From assembly GCA_963847445.1 (NCBI GenBank), contig CAWJZV010000023.1, positions 32,001 to 96,000 of the forward strand: 64,000 nt of DNA. The letters are read 5' to 3'. This DNA is from an uncultured delta proteobacterium (GTDB lineage: Bacteria > Desulfobacterota > Binatia > UBA9968). The notes under the pieces were generated by a model that saw nothing but the letters and a program-made list of their open reading frames with translations, searched no databases and was not told the origin of the DNA. Below are positions 59,538 to 64,000 of the stretch, one piece after another. Position 1 is the first letter of the stretch; the number at the start of each line of letters is the position of its first letter. A program made the translations under genes and the position numbers.

Positions 59538-59727
59538 GAACTAGGCTCCTCGTCTGGGATCACAAAAAAGGATGGCTCTTTCAGGTTTACTGGGAAGAAG
59601 TATTCACCGCAGAGGTACAGAGTTCGCAGAGTTCGGAATGATCTTAAATGAAAACTCTTTACTCTGGCCCTCAGCGCCTGCGCGGTGATATCTCCGGATC
59701 GGTCTCACATATTGCGACAATGTGTTT

Positions 59728-60811
59728 CTACTTGCCGCCTTCACGCAAGATGCCCTCCAGCTCTTTTTGCGTTTCGGCATAGTTCTTAGACGACGCCAGC
59801 CATTCCGGCGAGCTGGTGATGATCTTCCCTTTGGCCGCCCGCAAAATATCGAGCTCTCGCTTAGTCTGTGAGCCGGGAAACAGGTGCAGGTCCATGCCGT
59901 CATGCTTCCAGAGCATCTCTTGTCCTTCCGCTGACATGAGATAGTTGATCAAGAGCGCGCCAATGTTGGGCGCGCGGGAGTTTTTCGGTATGGCCGCGTA
60001 TCTCATGTGCAGGACCGTGCCTTCTTCGACCACCGTGTGACCCACCGGCGCGCCGGTGCGCTTGAGCACGTTGACGTCATTGCCGCCACAGGTGTAGACC
60101 AGCATCAAGAATTCGCCGCTGGTGATGCGCTCCGATTCGCCGCAACGCATCAGTCCGGCAATTTGCTTCGACAGTTTTTTGGTGTAGTCGATCATCTTCT
60201 CCCGGCCCAAAAAGTCAGGCGTGGCAAACTCTCTGAGGCCGGCGGCGTAGGGTGTTGAGGCGATCTTGCCCTTCCATTTGGGGTTGAGCACGTCGGCCAT
60301 GCGCCGCGGGATGTCGTTGCCCTTGACCAGATTGGAGTTGTATTGAATCCCCACTGCCGTGGTGCCGAAGGCGACATGGGTGCCCGTCGGCGCGATGGCG
60401 TTGAATTTCCCCTCGGGTTTGGGCTTGTTTTCGATGAACTTATTATAAGTCGGTTGGTAAAAAGATTAGCCTTGAGGCCGTCGAAGCATCGCTTGCGAAT
60501 TGCCCAGATAAACATCGGTGCTGGAGGGTTGGCCAGCCGAGGCTTCTTGGATCACGCGCAGCATGAGCGCGCTGCATGTCGGGACCCGGCGTGTACTGGC
60601 CTTTGAGATTGAGTTTGTATTTTTTGTTCATGCCCGCAAGGATTTCCTGAAATCCCTCGCTGCCGCCGATAGCTCTTCTGGCCCCATTGCCCGCGCAGGA
60701 CGCCTTCTTTGTTTGCGCCCTCGATCACTTCGTCAAGCGTCGTGGCATCGACAACGGGTATCAGAAGGATGATCGAGAGGAAAACAACGCGGCGATTTTT
60801 TGAGCGACCAT
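59728..60811 (-). CDS. ABC extracellular solute-binding protein (FbpA/PotD-like; frameshifts)
   Basis: Signal peptide, EGANKEG, YNSNLV, DVLNPKWKGKI, YLMSAEGQ. Confidence 0.82.
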
Positions 60812-60825
60812 GACGATTTCCTCCT

Positions 60826-61935
60826 CTAAGACAATTTTGAACTGGTTTCACGTGGCGCAAATACCATGATATCCGCTGGCGGGACCCACGCTCAACCGTT
60901 CCGTTCGGTTTTTGCGCGGACGCTGCGGTTCTTGCCGACGAGCGGCGGCCGTTAACGGTAGCGCTAAATATGAACTGGTCGCCGAGAAAAGTGCTCGAGA
61001 CGAGCTTGCCGTGAAAGCAATTGGACTCATTAGCGCCATTGGCGAAATGAAGACACTCCGGGCGAAAGCCGAGCAGCACTTTTTCGCCGACTTGGGACGG
61101 CCTCTCGATCAGCAGTTTGCCAATCGGCGATTCGGCTACGCCCGGTTCGACAACTCTCGCCGTCCAGCCAATTGACCGAGCCGAAAAACTCGGCGACATC
61201 GGCGTTGTTCGGTTTGTGATAGATCTCCATCGGCGCGCCGACCTGTAACAATTCTCCGGCTTGCATCATGGCGATTTTATCGGCGATCGCCATCGCTTCG
61301 ACTTGATCGTGGGTGACGTAGAGCATGGTGGCGCCGAGTTGCTTAGCCAACTCACGAATCCGGCCGCGCACATCTTCGCGCAGGCGGGCGTCGAGATTGC
61401 TGAGCGGTTCGTCCATTAAAAGCAATCGCGAGCTTACGGCAATGGCGCGCGCCAAGGCGACTCTTTGCTGCTGCCCGCCACTGAGCAAGGTCGCCGGACG
61501 GTCGGCTTGCTCTTCCAGTTGCACTAAATGCAGCGCTTCCTTGACGCGCGCGGCGACTTCTTTGCGCGGGATTTTTTGCGCACCTTCAGCTAGGGGCAGG
61601 GCGATATTTTGAGACACCGTCAGATGCGGCCAGACGGCGTAGGATTGAAACACCATGCCGAGCCTGCGCTGCTGCGGTGCGATCCAGGTGGGCGGCGTAT
61701 CCGACGAAACGATTTTACCGTCGATGCGGATCTCGCCGCCGTCGGGCACTTCGAGTCCGGCGATGCAGCGCAGCAGCGTGGTTTTCCCCGAGCCGCTGGC
61801 GCCGACGATGACGAATAGCTCGCCCTCGTTAACTTCAAGATCGAGGGACTTGATCGCCGCAACCACGCCGTCGCTGACGGTGAACCGTTTGTGCAGGCGG
61901 CGGATGGAGATCATTGGATTGTAATTTGGTGCCAT
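60826..61935 (-). CDS. ABC transporter ATP-binding protein (PotA/FbpC-like; frameshifts in TOBE region)
   Basis: GASGSGKTT, VFQSYA, LSGGQQQRVALARA, MDEPLSNLD, VTHDQ. Confidence 0.93.
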
Positions 61936-62045
61936 GCGTGAACGAGTGTCAGACGGCGGTGCGAGAGTGGAAGCGATTGGTTTCGGGTCTCGAGTTCCGG
62001 GTTTCGCGTTAACCCGAAACTCAAAACCCGAGACCGGCCATGTCT

Positions 62046-62553
62046 CTAGTGATACTCGGCGCCGGGCAGCGGATTGTTCACCGCTTCTTCCAAGGTGGTC
62101 GCCCGGCTCCATTCATTGGCCGGGCGGCTCTTGCCGTCGGTGCCGATCTGATCCATGGCGGCGTAGATTTCGATCTTGTAGCCATCGGGATCGTAGAACT
62201 CGAGGCCGGGATTGCCGCCGGGACCGCGCCGGCCCTCGTAGAAAATCGTCACGCCCTTGGCCTTCAGGAAATCGCGGATCTTGAACAGCTCCGAGACGGT
62301 GGCGACTTCCAGCGCCATGTGGTCGAAGCCGACTTCGCCGCGCTTGGGCAGCTGGTTCTTTTCCGTCGCTTGCATCAAGGCGATGGTGTGATGGTCGGTG
62401 GCGTTGCGGAAAAACACCATGCCGCATCTCGTTCTTATCGGAAAACTTGAAACCCATGATCTCGGTCCAGAATTTCGAGGTGCGCTCGAGGTCGCTGCAC
62501 GTGTAGACGATATGGCCGATCTTCTTGATGTTGATGGGAGACTTCTCTGACAT
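62046..62553 (-). CDS. VOC family protein (catechol dioxygenase-like; frameshift)
   Basis: KIGHIV, DHHTIAL, FDHMALEV, GRRGPG, DPDGYKIE. Confidence 0.87.
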
Positions 62554-62662
62554 AACGGTGCTCCTTTCGTCTGCAAGGCGGCGAGTTGACGCCGGTTATT
62601 TAAGAGTAGGCGATTTCTACCACGGAAAATTCGCCAAGGCAAAGCTAAATCGGGTACGCTGG

Positions 62663-63071
62663 CTAGCGGCGCGACAACTTGGCGACGATCTTGCGGCTAT
62701 AATCGCGCACGCTGGCGAGATTCATCGAGCGGCGCTTGAGGATATCCAAGCGGATCATTTTCCACTGGAGACTCTTGGCCAGCGATTTCCGCTCGCCCTC
62801 GTCTTCGACATGCTTGAGCAGATCTTCGAGGATGCGGATGTCCTTCATCAGTTCGGCTTCGGGGGGCAGGACGTTGGCGTTCTTGAGGACATGGTAGGCC
62901 ATGCGTAAATCTTCCGGCACGTCGCTGTGGTCTGCCAATTCCAGCGGCTTGCCCTTGCCGGCGAGGTCGTCGAACTCGCCTTTGCGCTGGGCTTCGAGGA
63001 TGCGCTGTTCGGCCAACCGTTCGATGAAACCGACGGCGCCGGTGGGTTGGGATGGGCGTCTTAGTTGCCAT
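62663..63071 (-). CDS. DUF1992 (DnaJC28-like) protein
   Basis: AEQRILEAQRKGEFDDLAGKGKPL..RMAYHVLKNANVLPP. Confidence 0.9.
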
Positions 63072-63203
63072 GGCTAAAAACGTTCAACAGTTCAAACCGT
63101 TCAAGTCGCTTCCTCCGTCTCAACGCGTCTCGGGCGACGAGAGTGGCGTCGATATCGTCGTCGCAGCGATTGGCGGTTGAACGCTTGGAACCGACTTCAA
63201 CTG

Positions 63204-64000
63204 TTACCATTTCCGATTCATCTCCTCAGGCGGTCGGACATGGCGAAACATCGTGTAGAAGACCACATCGTTGACCAATTGTAGCCCGCCGCCGATGAAT
63301 AATGGAAGTGACAACGACACGCTTTGCATGAGATAGGTCGCGATCGTCGGGCTGAGGCCAAAGGGGACGGTGCGGGCCAGGCTGGTGACGCCGGCGGCGG
63401 AGCCGCGCTCGTTGGACTGGACCATGGCCATGGTGAAGGATGCCCGCAGGGGATTATCCATGTAGGCGAAGAACGAGCGAATCGCCAGCAGGGCGGCGGC
63501 GATGAAGAACGTTGGCGCCAATGGAATAGCGATGAAAATCATCGAAGCGAGCCCGTGGGAAAACGCCATGGTTTTCACCAGGCCGATCCGGCGCGCGATG
63601 ATCGGCGCGCTCAGGAACGACAGGGCGGCGAGGAAGTTGGAGATAAAAAACAGCATGCCGAGGGATTTAAGCTCGACGCCAAAGCGCAGGAAAAACCAGT
63701 AGGCGAGCAGCCCGCCGGCCAGGCCCGCACCGAAGTTGTCGACGAAGGCTAAGATCGACATCTTGGTGACGAACACGCCGCTGGCTTTGGAGATTTTCTT
63801 TTGCGCGCGCCGTGGCTGGTGCCGTTCGTCGATCGCACTGTAAACCAACAAAAGGCCGACGCTGAAAACAATCGTTAAAAGAAATAGCGGCTTGTACGAC
63901 GCCACCGAATCCCAGCCCCAGCGCTCCTGGAGCCACTGCGGCACGCCGGCGGCCAAGGCGCCGACCGAGCCCATCACCGAACCGAAGAAAGCGTTGAGCC
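63204..64000 (-). CDS. MFS transporter (5' part outside window)
   Basis: Multiple TMs, ARRIGLVKTM loop motif, ERGSAAG. Confidence 0.87.
   Translation of the reverse strand, partial: LNAFFGSVMGSVGALAAGVPQWLQERWGWDSVASYKPLFLLTIVFSVGLLLVYSAIDERHQPRRAQKKISKASGVFVTKMSILAFVDNFGAGLAGGLLAYWFFLRFGVELKSLGMLFFISNFLAALSFLSAPIIARRIGLVKTMAFSHGLASMIFIAIPLAPTFFIAAALLAIRSFFAYMDNPLRASFTMAMVQSNERGSAAGVTSLARTVPFGLSPTIATYLMQSVSLSLPLFIGGGLQLVNDVVFYTMFRHVRPPEEMNRKW

Noticed and set aside
60844-60859. parS-like GGTTTCACGTGGCGCA
   Set aside because: Right arm deviates from GAAACA/GGAACA, it is not palindromic, and it lies in a coding region

Overview
GC-rich (about 60%) bacterial chromosome window made up mostly of core genes. 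The gene content (tandem DUF507, dapL, TrmD-SPOUT fusion, orphan NMT1/SsuA binding protein, amidohydrolase_2, VOC proteins) suggests a deltaproteobacterium, possibly Ca. Binatia; this is inference. Core blocks are ffh-rpsP-khpA-rimM-trmD-rplS, groES-groEL, ldcA-serine hydrolase-mpl, dapL-folK, tRNA-fMet, the glyoxylate shunt (long ICL2-type isocitrate lyase plus malate synthase G), ftsH, aspC-coaD-rsmD, smc-ftsY-iscA, rng and an ABC importer. Many genes, including essential ones, are broken by single-base indels, most likely long-read assembly errors. I saw no integrase, transposase, prophage, CRISPR array or rRNA, and no clear multi-gene novel system. The best leads are: (1) a plant-type threonine synthase next to a plant-type cystathionine gamma-synthase; (2) an ICL2 with KVCGH in place of the KKCGH catalytic loop; (3) interleaved NrdR-like and DnaA boxes at the smc promoter; (4) three small uncharacterised genes with sigma54-type promoters; (5) a 1.4-kb islet carrying an ANT-like nucleotidyltransferase, bracketed by a duplicated gene 3' end; (6) several families of intergenic palindromic repeats, one apparently nested. 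All family assignments come from motif recognition, not database searches.
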